64,000 nucleotides of DNA from Patescibacteria group bacterium (GCA_038077975.1 JBBUGM010000006.1:4905-68904), one strand, 5' to 3'; shown: positions 1-12,159, numbered from the stretch's first letter. Numbers and translations are program-made. Notes: generated by a model from the sequence alone, not told the origin.

Positions 1-2
1 TG

Positions 3-497
3 AGCAACCCCAATCTCGATCATGCCGCGAAAAGCTTCCGCTATACATTCTCTCTCTCCGATCCCACCGGTAAAGTCGTTGCAACTTTTTCCGGAAACTC
101 ATTCCTTTACGCGCGTGAAGTGAAATATATTTTGCTTCCGAACGTTCCCACGCCCGCGGAGGCATTTACTAGCGTTAGTTTCAAAGCCCAAAACGCAGAG
201 TGGGTGGTGAGGGATGAATTTCCCGGCCCGCCGACATTAACCGTTTCCGGGCTAGACACCCGTGTTGAAGGCAACAACCTTATCGTTGAGGGCCGCGTGA
301 CGAATGGAGATATTTTGGCTTTTTCGGAATTGCGCGTTATCGCTCTTTTCCAAGGGCAGTTCGGCCAGCTCGCTGGGGCATCGGAAACGATTATAGACAG
401 GATAGTTCCCAACGAAACCAAGTCATTCTCCATCATCTATCCAGCGATACCGAATGCCGACTTGGCAGGGACGAAGGTATTCGTATACGCCCGCTAA
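3..497 (+). CDS. Partial hypothetical protein (Ig-like/FxLYD-type beta-sandwich), 5' end outside window
   Basis: Frame open from base 3 to TAA at 497; 'VEGRVTN...VIALF...LAGASET..I.PNETKSFSI' pattern. Confidence 0.55.
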   Translation, partial: SNPNLDHAAKSFRYTFSLSDPTGKVVATFSGNSFLYAREVKYILLPNVPTPAEAFTSVSFKAQNAEWVVRDEFPGPPTLTVSGLDTRVEGNNLIVEGRVTNGDILAFSELRVIALFQGQFGQLAGASETIIDRIVPNETKSFSIIYPAIPNADLAGTKVFVYAR

Positions 498-501
498 TTT
501 A

Positions 502-1548
502 ATGTCCCTCTTCCTCCCCGTCGGAATCCTTGTTTTTGCTGGGCTTTTGGCGATCTCGAGCGTTGCCCCCGCGCTTTTCTCTCTACAGCTTATGTGGGTG
601 GCGCTTGGCGTCGGCATCCTTGCCATTTTTTATTTTTTCGACTGGAGAATTCTTTTGACCTACAGGTGGTTTACCGGAGCGCTTTATATTTTTTCCGTGG
701 CGCTACTCACATTCGTTTATTTTTTCGGACCGGAGACAAGAGGTGTGCGCGGATGGATCACGTTCGGTCCGCTTAACTTTCAACCGGTCGAACTTATGAA
801 GGTCGCACTCATACTTTTGTATGCCGGTTATTTTTCACGGAAACACTGGAACATTTCGCGATGGAGCACGATTGCGCGCTCTTTTGTTTTTTTCGCGGTG
901 CCGGCCGCGCTTGTCGCTCTCCAGCCAGACCTCGGCTCGGCGACAATTCTTTTCGGCATCTGGTTCGGTTTTATTTTCTTATCCGGCTTTTCCGGAAAGA
1001 GATTGCTATTACTGCTATTCATCTTCATTATCGCCGCCGTTCTTATGTGGTTTTATTTTCTCGCCGACTATCAGCAGGCGAGGATTACCGGACTCTTTTT
1101 TCCGGAACGAGATGCCTTGGGCGTGAACTACAGCACAGCGCAGTCAAAGATAGCGATCGGTTCTGCCGGATTTTTCGGCAAGGGTTACGGGCAGGGTTCG
1201 CAGGGACAACTAGGGTTTCTTACGGAGCCCGAAAGCGACTTTGTCCTTGCCGCGATAATCGAGGAGTGGGGAATCTTCGGAGGAGCGGTAGCAATAGCGG
1301 CATTTCTCGCCCTCATCGCCGCAATTATGCGGACAGGGCTTAGGGCCGAGCGAAATTTTGAAAAATTCTTGTGCCTTGGCGTAGTTGTGGTTTTCGGCTT
1401 ACAATTTATGCTTAACGGCGGCTCGACCTTAGGCCTTATGCCCGTAGTCGGCGTCACGTATCCCTTCGTAAGTTATGGCGGTTCGAGCATGGTCACGAAT
1501 TTTTTTCTTTTAGGACTAATCAATGCCATTAAAAGGAAGCAGACGTAA
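502..1548 (+). CDS. rodA: SEDS family peptidoglycan glycosyltransferase RodA
   Basis: Multi-TM; RGWI, FQPVELMK, QPDLG, QSKIAIGSAG, ESDF, PFVSYGGSS motifs; ATG at 502 preferred over overlapping 454. Confidence 0.9.
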   Translation: MSLFLPVGILVFAGLLAISSVAPALFSLQLMWVALGVGILAIFYFFDWRILLTYRWFTGALYIFSVALLTFVYFFGPETRGVRGWITFGPLNFQPVELMKVALILLYAGYFSRKHWNISRWSTIARSFVFFAVPAALVALQPDLGSATILFGIWFGFIFLSGFSGKRLLLLLFIFIIAAVLMWFYFLADYQQARITGLFFPERDALGVNYSTAQSKIAIGSAGFFGKGYGQGSQGQLGFLTEPESDFVLAAIIEEWGIFGGAVAIAAFLALIAAIMRTGLRAERNFEKFLCLGVVVVFGLQFMLNGGSTLGLMPVVGVTYPFVSYGGSSMVTNFFLLGLINAIKRKQT

Positions 1549-2521
1549 AAAGTTGATCTGGTCGGCGGGGTTTCTCGCGCTATTCCTGCTTCCACTAGGA
1601 TTATTTTTTTATGGACTGATGTCTAGAGATTCCGGGACTTTGCCGCAGACAAAAATTTTTGAAGTGAAAGAAGGAGAAGGTTTTTTGGGAATTTCCCATC
1701 GTCTTGAAGCAGAAGGGGTGATAAGGTCCGAACTTGCCTTCGAAACGTTGTCGTTCTTTACTGGCGCGGCGATCCATTTCAAGCCGGGTATTTATCAATT
1801 CGATTCGACAAAAAACGGCCTTGAGATCTTGCGCGAATTGACGTTTGGGCCGCACCGAGAGATTAGCGTGCGAATTCCCGAGGGCGCGAGCGTATATGAA
1901 GTTGACTCGATCTTGAGCGAGGCCGGCGTTGTTCCGCCGAGAGAACTCTTGGCATACGTTAAAGCACAAAGCCGGCCGATCGAAGGGCGCCTTTTCCCGG
2001 ACACATACAAATTTTTTACCGGTTCGCCACCGAAAGACATAATCGAAAAATTTTTAGAGAACTTCCGCGCGAAAACCGAAGGGTTTTTTGACAAGTTGAG
2101 CGAAGCCAAGATCAATGAAATTATCACGCTCGCTTCGATCATCCAAAAAGAAGTTCCCGGCGAAGAAGACGGGAGGATCGTGGCCGGAATACTCCTTAAG
2201 CGCCTTAAGGCGGGGGTTCCCCTACAAGTAGACGCATCAATATGCTACATTAAGAAAATATTGGGCTATCCGGGGGATTCCCCATGTTATCCACTTCACC
2301 CCCTTGACTTCAAGACGGAGTCGGATTATAATACATACTTACGTAAAGGACTGCCGCCAGGGCCCATTGGAAACCCTGGTATTTCTGCGCTTCGGGCGGC
2401 TCTTAGCCCAAAGAGCTCTTCATATTGGTATTACCTAAGCGACCCCGAAACGCAGCGAACAGTTTTTGCCAGCACGCTGGAAGAGCATAACGAAAATCGG
2501 GCTATGTATTTGGGATTATAA
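1523..2521 (+). CDS. mltG: Endolytic transglycosylase MltG (YceG)
   Basis: N-terminal TM; IPEG, EGRLFPDTY, LASIIQKE, LQVD, YNTY..GLPPGPIGNPG motifs. Confidence 0.93.
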   Translation: MPLKGSRRKKLIWSAGFLALFLLPLGLFFYGLMSRDSGTLPQTKIFEVKEGEGFLGISHRLEAEGVIRSELAFETLSFFTGAAIHFKPGIYQFDSTKNGLEILRELTFGPHREISVRIPEGASVYEVDSILSEAGVVPPRELLAYVKAQSRPIEGRLFPDTYKFFTGSPPKDIIEKFLENFRAKTEGFFDKLSEAKINEIITLASIIQKEVPGEEDGRIVAGILLKRLKAGVPLQVDASICYIKKILGYPGDSPCYPLHPLDFKTESDYNTYLRKGLPPGPIGNPGISALRAALSPKSSSYWYYLSDPETQRTVFASTLEEHNENRAMYLGL

Positions 2522-2691
2522 ACCGGCGATAATAAAACTTTCGTAGCCGACTTTATTTCAAAAGAGGTCGTGTTAACTTAAGCAATCAAAATTAAAAAAT
2601 CACGCTTAAACCCTTCTCTTTGAGGAAGGGGTGCGGATTTTTGTCGTGTTTTTGTTCGGGACGTAAAAATGAGCGAATTTTAAATTCCAAA

Positions 2692-5600
2692 ATGTCGGAC
2701 AAATTGCCTAAAAAAGATTTCTCAAAATCAAAGCCGCTTGTTGAGCCATTTAACCTCAACGAGGCGCAGCTTAGGTCTTACCACTGGTTCATGGACCAGG
2801 GGCTCAAGGAACTTTTTGCGGAAATTTCTCCGATCACGGACAACACCGGCAAAGAACTGGAACTGCATTTCGGCAAGTACCGTTTCGACGAGCCGAAGTA
2901 TGACGAGGTGACATCGCGCTACAAAGACGCGACTTACGAAGCGGCACTAAGAGTTGAGTTGAAGCTGGTACACAAGTCGAGCGGCCGCTCGGAAAAACAA
3001 GAGGCCTATCTCGGCGATTTTCCGGTGATGACGCAGCGTGGCACATTTATTATCAATGGCGTGGAACGCGTTGTTGTTTCCCAGCTCATCCGTTCCGCCG
3101 GAGTTTACTTTACCGCCATTCCTTGGCGCGGACGACAGCTTTTTGGCGCCAAAGTCATCCCGAATCGCGGAGCCTGGCTGGAATTCGAGACGGATATCGA
3201 CGGCGCGATCGAAGTGAAGATCGACCGCAACAGAAAAGTTCCGGTTTCAAGCTTGCTCCGCATCTTCGGCATGGAAGACGAAAAGATCAAAGCCGCTTTT
3301 GCGGACGTTGAGAAGGGACAAACGCGCTACATCGACGCCACCTTCAAGAAGGACGTCGCCAAAAACCAGGAAGAATCGTATCTGGAAATTTACAGGCGTC
3401 TTCGGCCGGGCGATCCGGCAACGCCAGCGACCGCGAAGAACCTGATCGATGCGATGTTCGACCGCGTTGATCGATACGACATCTCCGAAGTCGGTCGTTT
3501 CAAGTTCAACCAGCGCTTGCGTCTTGACGCCAAAAACAAGAACCGATTGCTCGGCGCAGACGACCTTGTCGCCATCGTGCGCGAGATCATCACTTTGAAT
3601 AATCGAGTCGACGCGCAGCCGGACGACATCGATCACTTGGGGAATAGGCGGCTCAAAGCAGTCGGCGAGCTTATCCAAGGAAGATTGCGCATCGGGCTTG
3701 CCCGCTTGCGGAGAATAGTTCAGGATAGGATGTCTACCGAGGAGCGTGATAAGCTCATGCCCGGACAACTCATTAATTTCCGGCCGATCGCTGCGGTTGT
3801 TAAAGAATTTTTTTCTTCTTCCCAACTTTCACAATTTATGGATCAGGTTAACCCTCTCGCGGAATTGGAGCACAAACGCAGGATTTCCGCACTGGGTCCA
3901 GGAGGATTGACGCGCGAAAGAGCGAGTTTTGAAGTGAGAGACGTGCACCGCTCGCATTACGGCAGGATCTGTCCGATCCAAACTCCGGAAGGCGGCAATA
4001 TCGGGCTTATCAACTACTTGGCGAGTTTCGCCAAGATCAACGATTTCGGATTCGTCGAGACGCCTTACGCGAAGGTTGCGGACGGTCGCGTGACGGACGA
4101 AATAGTTTTGCTCGACGCGTTAGAAGAGGAAAGATACAGAATAACGCACGCCGGTGTTCAAAAAGACGCGGAAGGCAACCTTTTAGGCGATCGCGTTGAG
4201 GCGAGGGTAAAAGGAGTTGCCGGCACTTGCGCGCCAAAAGAAGTTGATTTTATCGATATTGCGCCGCATCAATTCGTAAGCGTCGCCACGTCCCTTATTC
4301 CTTTCCTTCAGCACGACGACGCGAACCGCGCCCTGATGGGTTCGAACATGCAAAGGCAGGCGGTGGTTTCCGTAAAACCCTCCGCGCCTTACGTTTCGAC
4401 GGGCGAGGAAGACCGCGTTGCCCTGGATTCCGGCTATGTTATTCAGGCCGAGAGCGCGGGCAAAGTGCTCGAAGCGGACGCGAGCCACATCACTATCAAA
4501 TATCAAAAAGGAGGCCTCAAAACCTACAACCTCGAAAAGTTCAAGAGATCGAACCAGTTCACTTGTATTTCGCAAAAACCGCTCGTCGTACCGGGCGCTG
4601 CGGTGAAGAAGGGCGATATTTTGGCGGACGGCCCCTCGATCGACAACGGCGTTCTCGCCCTTGGGCAGAATCTTTTGGTCGCCTTCATGTCTTGGGGCGG
4701 ATACAACTTCGAAGACGCCGTGATACTTTCCGAGCGCGTCGTGCAGGACGATCTTTTCACGTCGATCCACATCGAGGATTATTACTGTGATGTGCGTGAT
4801 ACGAAACTGGGCCCCGAGATAACGACTCCCGACATCCCAAACGTTTCCGAAGAGAAGTTAAGAAATTTGGACGAAGAAGGCATCATCAGGATCGGCGCGG
4901 AAGTCCGGGCCGGCGACATTTTGGTCGGAAAAATATCTCCGAAAGGAGAAGCGGAACTTACGCCAGAAGAGCGCTTGCTCCGTGCGATCTTCGGCGAGAA
5001 AGCGCGCGACGTTAAAGACACATCGCTCACGCTTTCGCACGGCAAACGCGGCCGCGTTATCAATATCAAAGTTTTTGACCGCGAGAAAGGCGACAAACTC
5101 GAGCCGGGAATCATCAAACGTATACAGGTTGAAATCGCGCAATTAAGAAAAGTGCAGGCGGGCGACAAGCTTGCCGGCAGGCACGGCAACAAGGGAGTTA
5201 TCTCGCAGGTTCGCAGAGTGGAAGATATGCCGCATCTTGAGGACGGCACGCCCGTGGACGTTATTTTGAACCCTTTGGGCGTCGCATCGCGCATGAACCT
5301 CGGACAGATCTTGGAAACCCACCTTGGCTGGGCGGCAAAGACGCTTGGCTACAGGGCGGTTACACCGGGACTTGATTCCGCGAGCGAGGAAGAGATCAAA
5401 GAAGAATTGAAGAAAGCCGGCCTTCCCGAAGACGGGAAAATTAAACTTTTCGACGGCCGCACGGGTAGGCCTTTCGACAAGAAGGTCGCGGTCGGAATCA
5501 TTTATATGATGAAGCTGAACCACTTGGTCGAAGACAAGGCGCACATGCGTTCGATCGGTCCCTACTCTTTGATCACGCAGCAGCCCTTGGGCGGCAAGGC

Positions 5601-8600
5601 GCAGTTCGGTGGCCAGAGATTCGGCGAAATGGAGGTTTGGGCGCTCGAGGGATACGGCGCTCGGCACACGCTCCAGGAGATGCTCACGATCAAGTCGGAC
5701 GACGTTTTAGGGCGCGCCGCCGCGTACGAATCGATCATCAGAGGCGAGACGATCAAAGAGCCGAACCTTCCGGCGTCGTTCAATGTTTTGGTGAACGAAT
5801 TAAAATCGCTTTGTTTCAACGTCAAGCCGCTTTACGCAGACGAAACGCAAAGAAGGGAGGCCTTTTCATCCCTGCAGATATCGATCGCGTCTCCCGAAGA
5901 CATCATGAAATGGTCTCACGGCGAAGTAGTGAAGCCGGAAACCATCAACTACCGGACACAGAGGCCGGAGAAGGACGGGCTTTTCTCCGAGAGGATCTTC
6001 GGTCCGACGAAGGACTACGAATGTTATTGCGGCAAATACAGGAGGGTTCGTTATAAGGGCGTCGTTTGCGACAAGTGCGGAGTCGAGGTGACCCGTGCCT
6101 CGGTTAGGCGCGACCGCATCGGCCACATTCAGCTTGCCGCGCCGGTGGGGCACATTTGGTTCCTCAAAAGCGTGCCGTCGCGCTTAAGTTTGACGCTCGA
6201 TGTTTCCGCTCCGAAGCTCGAAAGGGTGCTCTATTATTCCGCCTACATCGTCACAGAAGTCGATGAAACGGAAAGAAAAAGAGCGCTTGATGATCTCGAA
6301 CGGGAACTCAAAAGCCGCGTCAAGGAGATCGGCAAGAACCGCGGGGCGGAGTCGGAATTGAACGAAGCGGCGAAGGTAACCGAGAACTATCTCGAAAAAT
6401 TGCGTGTCGGTCAGGTGCTAACGGAGACGGAATATTTCAATCTTTCGAAGCGTTTCGGAAGCGTCTTTAAGGCGGGTAGCGGAGCAGAATCGGTGAGGCA
6501 CATTCTCGAAGGATTGGATATGCGGAAAGAAGTTCAGAAGATAGAGAAAGACCTGGAGGATGCGAAGGATCCACTCGCGCAGAGCAAGCTTTTGCGGCGC
6601 CTCAAAATGATGAAGTCGATGATCAAGAACCAGGCGCGGCCGGAATGGATGGTCATCACGACACTCCCGGTTCTTCCGCCCGACTTGCGGCCGATGGTGG
6701 CCTTGGACGGCGGAAGATACGCCACTTCCGACTTGAACGATCTCTACAGGCGCGTCATCAACCGTAACAACCGTTTGAAGCGGCTTTTGGAGATCAAAGC
6801 TCCGGACATTATCGTGCGCAACGAAAAAAGGATGCTACAGGAATCAGTGGATGCCTTGATAGACAACTCCGCTAGGTTCGGCACCCAGCAGATGAGCGCG
6901 CAAAGGCGGCCCCTGCGTTCCTTGGCCGACATGCTCAAAGGCAAGCAGGGCAGATTCAGGCAAAACCTTTTGGGTAAGCGCGTGGACTACTCCGGCCGCT
7001 CCGTTATCGTCGTTGGCCCGCGTCTTAAGATCGACGAATGCGGACTGCCGAAGACGATGGCCCTAGAACTTTTCCGTCCGTTCGTCTTGAGCGAGATTAT
7101 TAAACGTGGACTGGCCCACAACATTCGCGGAGCTGCAAGATTTATGGAAGAAGGCAGTGACGAAGTTTGGGAGATCTTGGAAGAAGTGATGAAAGGCAAG
7201 CGCGTGCTTTTGAACCGCGCGCCGACGCTTCACCGTTTGAGCGTGCAGGCATTCAAGCCGATTTTGATTGAGGGTCTCGCCATACAGGTTCCGCCCTTGG
7301 TTTGCGTTGCCTTCAATGCCGACTTCGACGGCGACCAAATGGCCGTGCATCTTCCGCTTTCACGTCAGGCGCAAAAAGAAAGCGAGGAGATAATGGCCGC
7401 AGGCAGGAATCTTTTGAAACCGGCTACCGGAGAGCTGATCACGACCCCGACACAGGACATGGTTTTGGGAATTTATTATCTGACACAGGCAGAAGATCCA
7501 ATTTCCGGGCAGAGAGCGAAGCGATTTGAAAGCATAGAATCGGCTCTTGTCGCCTATGAATTCGGATTTTTGGGCTTGCGCGAACTTGTGAATTTCCAAG
7601 GGATGGAGACGACCCTGGGGCGCATGATCTTTAATGAATCGTTGGCTGGGCGCGTTCCTTATCAAAACGAAGCTATCACCAAAAAGAAGCTGAGCAAGAT
7701 GATCGAAAGGATATTCATCGAGCGTGGCATCGAAGAAACCAGAGACACCTTAAACAGCGTGAAGTTGCTCGGTTTTGAAATGGCCAGCCGTTCCGGCATC
7801 ACTTGGTCGATGTCCGACCTTGTGGTACCGAAAGCCAAACCGGAAATTTTGGCGGCATCGGAAAAGCAAACGGCAGAAGTATACAGCCAGTTCGAAGAGG
7901 GGTTACTCACCGCGGCGGAGCGCCGGGCGAAAGTTATTAGTATTTGGGAAAAAGCTAAGACGGCAATTTCGAAAGTTATCGCCGTCGGCATCGACAAGAA
8001 CAATTCAATTTACCAGATCGTCGATTCCGGTTCGCGCGGCTCATGGTCTCAGCCGATCCAGATGATGGGCATGAGAGGCCTCGTGCAAAATCCTAAAGGC
8101 GAGATCATCGAACTTCCGATCAAGTCATCGCTTAAAGACGGCATGAGTGTTTTGGAATATTTCATTTCAACGCACGGCGCGAGAAAAGGCACTACGGACA
8201 CGGCTTTAAAAACTGCTCAAGCCGGATATCTTACCCGCCGCCTTGTCGACGTTTCCCAGGACCTCGTTGTCCGCGAAGCGGACTGCAAGACGAAAGACGG
8301 CATCGAGATAGTCCGCGCTGATGGCAAGGAATTCAACCAGTCGCTCGCGAGCCGCGTTTTCTCTCGCACGGCGCTCGAAGACATAAAATCAGGAAGAAAG
8401 ACGCTTATCAAAGCCGGCGAGACGATCAACAAGGCCGTCGCAGAAGAGATCGAAGCCGCAAAGATCGACTCCCTCAAGGTTCGATCGCCGATTTACTGCA
8501 AAACGATCTCGGGACTTTGCGCGAAGTGTTATGGCTTCGATCTCGGCGATGATCAGCCGGTGAGATTAGGCATGGCCGCGGGAGTTGTGGCCGCGCAATC

Positions 8601-9429
8601 GATCGGCGAACCTGGCACGCAGCTCACGATGCGTACTTTCCACACTGGCGGCATCGCCGGTATCGACATTACGCACGGCTTGCCGCGGGTGGAGGAGCTT
8701 TTCGAAGTGAGGCCGCCAAAAGGCAGGGCCATTCTTGCTCCGGCGGACGGGATTATTAAGGAAATAGAAGAGAGAGGGACGGCGAAGGCGGTGCAGTTCG
8801 TCCCGAACGAGGGCAAAAAGAAGAAGCCGCAGGAATTTTTGATCCCGCGCACGGCACTTTTGTTCGTTAAGGCGGGGGACGAAGTTAAGCGCGGCGATCA
8901 GCTTTCCGAAGGGCACTTGGACATCAAGGAACTTTTGGAGATCAAGGGTAAGCCGGAAGTTCAGCGCTACATTATCAACGAAGTGCAAAGGATCTATATG
9001 TCCGAAGGCGCGAGTATCAACAACAAGCATATCGAAATTATCGTGCGCCAAATGTTCTCGCGCGTGCGCATCAAGGATGGCGGCGATTCGTCGGAACTCG
9101 TGATGGGAGAGATCGTGGAAAAGGACAAAGTTTTGGAAGCGAACCGCGAACTGCGGAAGCAGGGCATGAAACAGGTTAAAGCTGAAGAAATATTACTCGG
9201 CATCACAAGGGTCGCGCTTTCCGCGGAAAGCTTCCTTTCAGCCGCTTCTTTCCAGGACACATCGCGCGTGCTCGTTAAAGCCGCGATCGAAGGCAGGATC
9301 GACAAATTGCGCGGCCTCAAAGAAAACGTCATTATCGGCCGCCTCATACCGGTTATCGGCAAGGAAGCCGCCGCAGAAGAAGCAGAGGCGCTTTTGCCAG
9401 GAGCGGAAGAAGTTGCAACCCAAGTGTAA
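2692..9429 (+). CDS. rpoBC: Fused DNA-directed RNA polymerase beta-beta' subunit
   Basis: One uninterrupted ORF with beta motifs ([21 protein letters not shown]) followed by beta' motifs ([26 protein letters not shown]); ATG at 2692. Confidence 0.96.
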   Translation: MSDKLPKKDFSKSKPLVEPFNLNEAQLRSYHWFMDQGLKELFAEISPITDNTGKELELHFGKYRFDEPKYDEVTSRYKDATYEAALRVELKLVHKSSGRSEKQEAYLGDFPVMTQRGTFIINGVERVVVSQLIRSAGVYFTAIPWRGRQLFGAKVIPNRGAWLEFETDIDGAIEVKIDRNRKVPVSSLLRIFGMEDEKIKAAFADVEKGQTRYIDATFKKDVAKNQEESYLEIYRRLRPGDPATPATAKNLIDAMFDRVDRYDISEVGRFKFNQRLRLDAKNKNRLLGADDLVAIVREIITLNNRVDAQPDDIDHLGNRRLKAVGELIQGRLRIGLARLRRIVQDRMSTEERDKLMPGQLINFRPIAAVVKEFFSSSQLSQFMDQVNPLAELEHKRRISALGPGGLTRERASFEVRDVHRSHYGRICPIQTPEGGNIGLINYLASFAKINDFGFVETPYAKVADGRVTDEIVLLDALEEERYRITHAGVQKDAEGNLLGDRVEARVKGVAGTCAPKEVDFIDIAPHQFVSVATSLIPFLQHDDANRALMGSNMQRQAVVSVKPSAPYVSTGEEDRVALDSGYVIQAESAGKVLEADASHITIKYQKGGLKTYNLEKFKRSNQFTCISQKPLVVPGAAVKKGDILADGPSIDNGVLALGQNLLVAFMSWGGYNFEDAVILSERVVQDDLFTSIHIEDYYCDVRDTKLGPEITTPDIPNVSEEKLRNLDEEGIIRIGAEVRAGDILVGKISPKGEAELTPEERLLRAIFGEKARDVKDTSLTLSHGKRGRVINIKVFDREKGDKLEPGIIKRIQVEIAQLRKVQAGDKLAGRHGNKGVISQVRRVEDMPHLEDGTPVDVILNPLGVASRMNLGQILETHLGWAAKTLGYRAVTPGLDSASEEEIKEELKKAGLPEDGKIKLFDGRTGRPFDKKVAVGIIYMMKLNHLVEDKAHMRSIGPYSLITQQPLGGKAQFGGQRFGEMEVWALEGYGARHTLQEMLTIKSDDVLGRAAAYESIIRGETIKEPNLPASFNVLVNELKSLCFNVKPLYADETQRREAFSSLQISIASPEDIMKWSHGEVVKPETINYRTQRPEKDGLFSERIFGPTKDYECYCGKYRRVRYKGVVCDKCGVEVTRASVRRDRIGHIQLAAPVGHIWFLKSVPSRLSLTLDVSAPKLERVLYYSAYIVTEVDETERKRALDDLERELKSRVKEIGKNRGAESELNEAAKVTENYLEKLRVGQVLTETEYFNLSKRFGSVFKAGSGAESVRHILEGLDMRKEVQKIEKDLEDAKDPLAQSKLLRRLKMMKSMIKNQARPEWMVITTLPVLPPDLRPMVALDGGRYATSDLNDLYRRVINRNNRLKRLLEIKAPDIIVRNEKRMLQESVDALIDNSARFGTQQMSAQRRPLRSLADMLKGKQGRFRQNLLGKRVDYSGRSVIVVGPRLKIDECGLPKTMALELFRPFVLSEIIKRGLAHNIRGAARFMEEGSDEVWEILEEVMKGKRVLLNRAPTLHRLSVQAFKPILIEGLAIQVPPLVCVAFNADFDGDQMAVHLPLSRQAQKESEEIMAAGRNLLKPATGELITTPTQDMVLGIYYLTQAEDPISGQRAKRFESIESALVAYEFGFLGLRELVNFQGMETTLGRMIFNESLAGRVPYQNEAITKKKLSKMIERIFIERGIEETRDTLNSVKLLGFEMASRSGITWSMSDLVVPKAKPEILAASEKQTAEVYSQFEEGLLTAAERRAKVISIWEKAKTAISKVIAVGIDKNNSIYQIVDSGSRGSWSQPIQMMGMRGLVQNPKGEIIELPIKSSLKDGMSVLEYFISTHGARKGTTDTALKTAQAGYLTRRLVDVSQDLVVREADCKTKDGIEIVRADGKEFNQSLASRVFSRTALEDIKSGRKTLIKAGETINKAVAEEIEAAKIDSLKVRSPIYCKTISGLCAKCYGFDLGDDQPVRLGMAAGVVAAQSIGEPGTQLTMRTFHTGGIAGIDITHGLPRVEELFEVRPPKGRAILAPADGIIKEIEERGTAKAVQFVPNEGKKKKPQEFLIPRTALLFVKAGDEVKRGDQLSEGHLDIKELLEIKGKPEVQRYIINEVQRIYMSEGASINNKHIEIIVRQMFSRVRIKDGGDSSELVMGEIVEKDKVLEANRELRKQGMKQVKAEEILLGITRVALSAESFLSAASFQDTSRVLVKAAIEGRIDKLRGLKENVIIGRLIPVIGKEAAAEEAEALLPGAEEVATQV

Positions 9430-9432
9430 TGC

Positions 9433-9518
9433 CAATATGCGAATTCATTCGAATGCAACGAATAATGCGAATTCGTACTATTAGTTGCATTAGTACGCAT
9501 TGGTAGATTAGTATTACG
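9433..9518. repeat. Degenerate ~9-mer tandem repeat array with dyad symmetry
   Basis: (t)gcgaat/tcgaat/acgaat units followed by attcgt/attagt units. Confidence 0.55.
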
Positions 9519-9521
9519 TTT

Positions 9522-9956
9522 ATGGAAGAAAAAGACAAAAAAAATTACGAAGTCGCATTTATCCTTGAGAAAGAGGAGAATCTTCAGGATTTTTTGAGGA
9601 TCTCGCGCCAGCACAATATCGAGCCACAAACGGAGGCGCGGGCGCATAAGCTGAATCTTGCTTACAAGATCGAAAAAGCCACGCAGGCCTATTTCGGATT
9701 TTTCAGAACTTCTGCGAATCCTGATGATGTGAAAGCGCTCGAAAAGGACCTGAACACGGCCGCCGGCGTTTTGCGTTTTCTCATCGTCAAACTTCCAAAG
9801 GAAGCGTTTGAGGCGAGGAGGGAAAGAGTTGATATGAGGGATATGAGGAGAGAGAGAAAACCAATGCCCAGAAAAAACATGCCGACACAGCCCAGGGCTT
9901 CGGAAACCTTAAGCAACGAAGCGCTGGAGAAAAAGATTGAAGAAATACTTCAATAA
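9522..9956 (+). CDS. rpsF: 30S ribosomal protein S6
   Basis: YEVAFIL, LAYKIEK, VLRFLIVK motifs; upstream of ssb. Confidence 0.9.
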   Translation: MEEKDKKNYEVAFILEKEENLQDFLRISRQHNIEPQTEARAHKLNLAYKIEKATQAYFGFFRTSANPDDVKALEKDLNTAAGVLRFLIVKLPKEAFEARRERVDMRDMRRERKPMPRKNMPTQPRASETLSNEALEKKIEEILQ

Positions 9957-10051
9957 AATTTCTAATTTCTAAATCCTAATTTCTAAAATTTGACTATTTT
10001 AAATTTTTGGGATTTGATTAGAGCAATTAGTAATTAGAATAATTAGAAATT
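9955..10051. repeat. Inverted heptamer arrays (TAATTTC/TAAATCC ... AATTAGA)
   Basis: Visible 7-nt periodicity; second half is reverse-complement-like. Confidence 0.65.
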
Positions 10052-10052
10052 T

Positions 10053-10541
10053 ATGAATCTCAACAAGGCCCTCCTCATCGGTCGCATCACGGCCGACCCC
10101 CAGCTTCGGACAACTCCCGGTGGGCAGTCGGTTTCAGCATTTTCGGTCGCTACGAACCGTGTTTGGACGGACAAGGCGGGCGCGAAGCAGGAATCTGTCG
10201 AGTTTCACAACATCGTCGTTTGGGGCAGGCAGGCGGAGATAGTGACGCAATATTTAACGAAGGGTAGTATGGTTTTGATCGAAGGACGCCTGCAGACGCG
10301 TTCTTGGCAAGGCAAAGACGGCCAGGAGAGGCGCACGACGGAGATCATTGCCGAGCGGGTGCAGTTCGGTCCCCGTTCGGCAAGCTCCCAGCCTTCGCAG
10401 GGCTACGGCGGGCAGGCAGGGCAGGCGAGGCCTGCAGCTGGCAAGCAAGGTGGCGGTGAAAGTCAGGCGACAAAAGAGGAAGAAGTTCCGACGGTGAATC
10501 TTGATAGTGAAGAAGTGAAGCCGGAGGACCTGCCGTTTTGA
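10053..10541 (+). CDS. ssb: Single-stranded DNA-binding protein
   Basis: MNLNKALLIGR, IEGRLQTRSW, C-terminal EDLPF. Confidence 0.97.
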   Translation: MNLNKALLIGRITADPQLRTTPGGQSVSAFSVATNRVWTDKAGAKQESVEFHNIVVWGRQAEIVTQYLTKGSMVLIEGRLQTRSWQGKDGQERRTTEIIAERVQFGPRSASSQPSQGYGGQAGQARPAAGKQGGGESQATKEEEVPTVNLDSEEVKPEDLPF

Positions 10542-10555
10542 TATTCATTTTCTTT

Positions 10556-10990
10556 ATGCCTCAATCACCAGAAAAATCTATTGGCGAAAGCAACCCACCC
10601 CCAGAGAAGCATATTAAAGGCGAAGATTTGGAAATAGCAAAATTATATCAAAAAGAGCACCCAGATTTGGATAGAGATAAATTGGGTGTATTACTAGAAC
10701 GCGAGGGATTTGGAGCTGACCACCATAAGTTCAGTGGATGTAGTGATCGAGCAGAATATATCAATTTGGTTTTAGATAAAATATTTCTATCCCCTGAAGA
10801 AGTTGAACGGCAGAAGCAGATTTTGGCATTATTGAAGCAACTAGAGGACGGAGCAATTTATAAGTCAATTATTGGTTTTATGGGACCAGTTACCAACGAA
10901 GAAGAAAGGCTGCGAAAAATAGAAGATAGGAAAACAAAAATAATAGAAGAACTTCGCAATTTAGGATACGAGATGTATCCTCGGGAATAG
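10556..10990 (+). CDS. Hypothetical protein (AT-rich)
   Basis: Charged ORF, ATG at 10556, visibly lower GC than flanks. Confidence 0.6.
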   Translation: MPQSPEKSIGESNPPPEKHIKGEDLEIAKLYQKEHPDLDRDKLGVLLEREGFGADHHKFSGCSDRAEYINLVLDKIFLSPEEVERQKQILALLKQLEDGAIYKSIIGFMGPVTNEEERLRKIEDRKTKIIEELRNLGYEMYPRE

Positions 10991-10992
10991 AT

Positions 10993-11277
10993 ATGGCCAG
11001 AGAGCAAGAACCAAATTCAAGAGAGCAGTTAGCGCAAGAGTTTTTGGAAGTGCACGAAAAGTTGAAATCCTTGGTCTATGACCTCGGAGGACCAGCAGGA
11101 TATTTGGAACAATTAGAAGATCCAGTTGGAAAGAGAAATTACACGGATTCAGAAATAGATTCTGGCAAACCACTTTCAGAGATTATAGAGAACGATATAT
11201 ATAAAACAATGGAAGCGGTTGAGGCGGTATCAAAAAAGTGGAGAGAATTAAGAGAAAAACTTAGAGAAATTAACTAA
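10993..11277 (+). CDS. Hypothetical protein (AT-rich)
   Basis: ORF tightly packed between previous gene and rplK. Confidence 0.6.
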   Translation: MAREQEPNSREQLAQEFLEVHEKLKSLVYDLGGPAGYLEQLEDPVGKRNYTDSEIDSGKPLSEIIENDIYKTMEAVEAVSKKWRELREKLREIN

Positions 11278-11283
11278 TTTATC

Positions 11284-11709
11284 ATGGCGAAAAAGATTAA
11301 AACAGTTCTGAAATTACAGCTCCCTGCCGGGGCCGCAAATCCCGCGCCGCCCGTGGGCACTGCTTTGGGGCCTCATGGAGTTAACATCCAGGAGTTCTGC
11401 AAACAGTTCAACGAGAAGACCAAAGACATGACAGGGGACATTGTGCCGGCGGAAATTACGATCTTCGAAGACCGCAGTTTTAAGTTTATTTTAAAAACCC
11501 CTCCGGCCTCCGCGCTCCTCAAAAAAGCCGCCGGCGTTGAGAAAGGCTCCGGCAACCAGCTCAAGACCAAAGTCGGCAAAGTTACCCGTGCCGATATCCG
11601 CAAGATCGCCGAACGCAAAATGCCCGACTTGAACACGGATAATCTCCAAGCCGCCGAAAAAATAATTGCAGGGACGGCTCGGAACATGGGAATCGACGTA
11701 GTCGATTAG
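11284..11709 (+). CDS. rplK: 50S ribosomal protein L11
   Basis: [33 protein letters not shown]. Confidence 0.98.
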   Translation: MAKKIKTVLKLQLPAGAANPAPPVGTALGPHGVNIQEFCKQFNEKTKDMTGDIVPAEITIFEDRSFKFILKTPPASALLKKAAGVEKGSGNQLKTKVGKVTRADIRKIAERKMPDLNTDNLQAAEKIIAGTARNMGIDVVD

Positions 11710-11720
11710 CCCATGTTCCG

Positions 11721-11805
11721 CTCGAAACCCCGTGTTGGAAGGCCGCCGCGAAGCGGCGGGAGTGGGAAACCAGAAGGTGTCCCAGACGGGGGTCGGGGTT
11801 TCGAG
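11721..11805. repeat. Structured inverted-repeat (MITE/REP-like) element
   Basis: CTCGAAACCCC ... GGGGTTTCGAG ends with internal hairpins. Confidence 0.55.
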
Positions 11806-11840
11806 TAGGAAAGTGGGAATTGAAGTAGTAGATTGAAATT

Positions 11841-12098
11841 ATGTCCACTCGCGAATCATTACCAAGGCCAGAGGTTGACGCGGAAATTGCTCGCTTGAGG
11901 GCTTGGCTTGAAATTGCTAGAGACAGAGAGGAATACGACGAAAAACTAAGCGGATCATTTTCCCACTTACAACAGGAGCTGGAATCAACTTTGGGTAAAT
12001 TGCGTGGAGGAGATATTGCAAGTGCCGATCAGATATCCGATGAAAATTTAAAGAACCTAGCGGTAGCTTCCGAGCGACTGAAGAAGTTCCTCCCATAA
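11841..12098 (+). CDS. Hypothetical protein
   Basis: 85-aa helical ORF followed by terminator. Confidence 0.55.
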   Translation: MSTRESLPRPEVDAEIARLRAWLEIARDREEYDEKLSGSFSHLQQELESTLGKLRGGDIASADQISDENLKNLAVASERLKKFLP

Positions 12099-12122
12099 GA
12101 GAAATAAAATCTAAATTAAAAT

Positions 12123-12154
12123 AAAAGCCCCTCCGCTACGCGGAGGGGCTTTTT
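12123..12154. terminator. Bidirectional intrinsic terminator
   Basis: AAAAGCCCCTCCG-ctacg-CGGAGGGGCTTTT between convergent genes. Confidence 0.85.
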
Positions 12155-12159
12155 GATTT

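Noticed and set aside
9433-10051. CRISPR array
   Set aside because: Units are 7-9 nt without unique spacers; no cas genes in the window.
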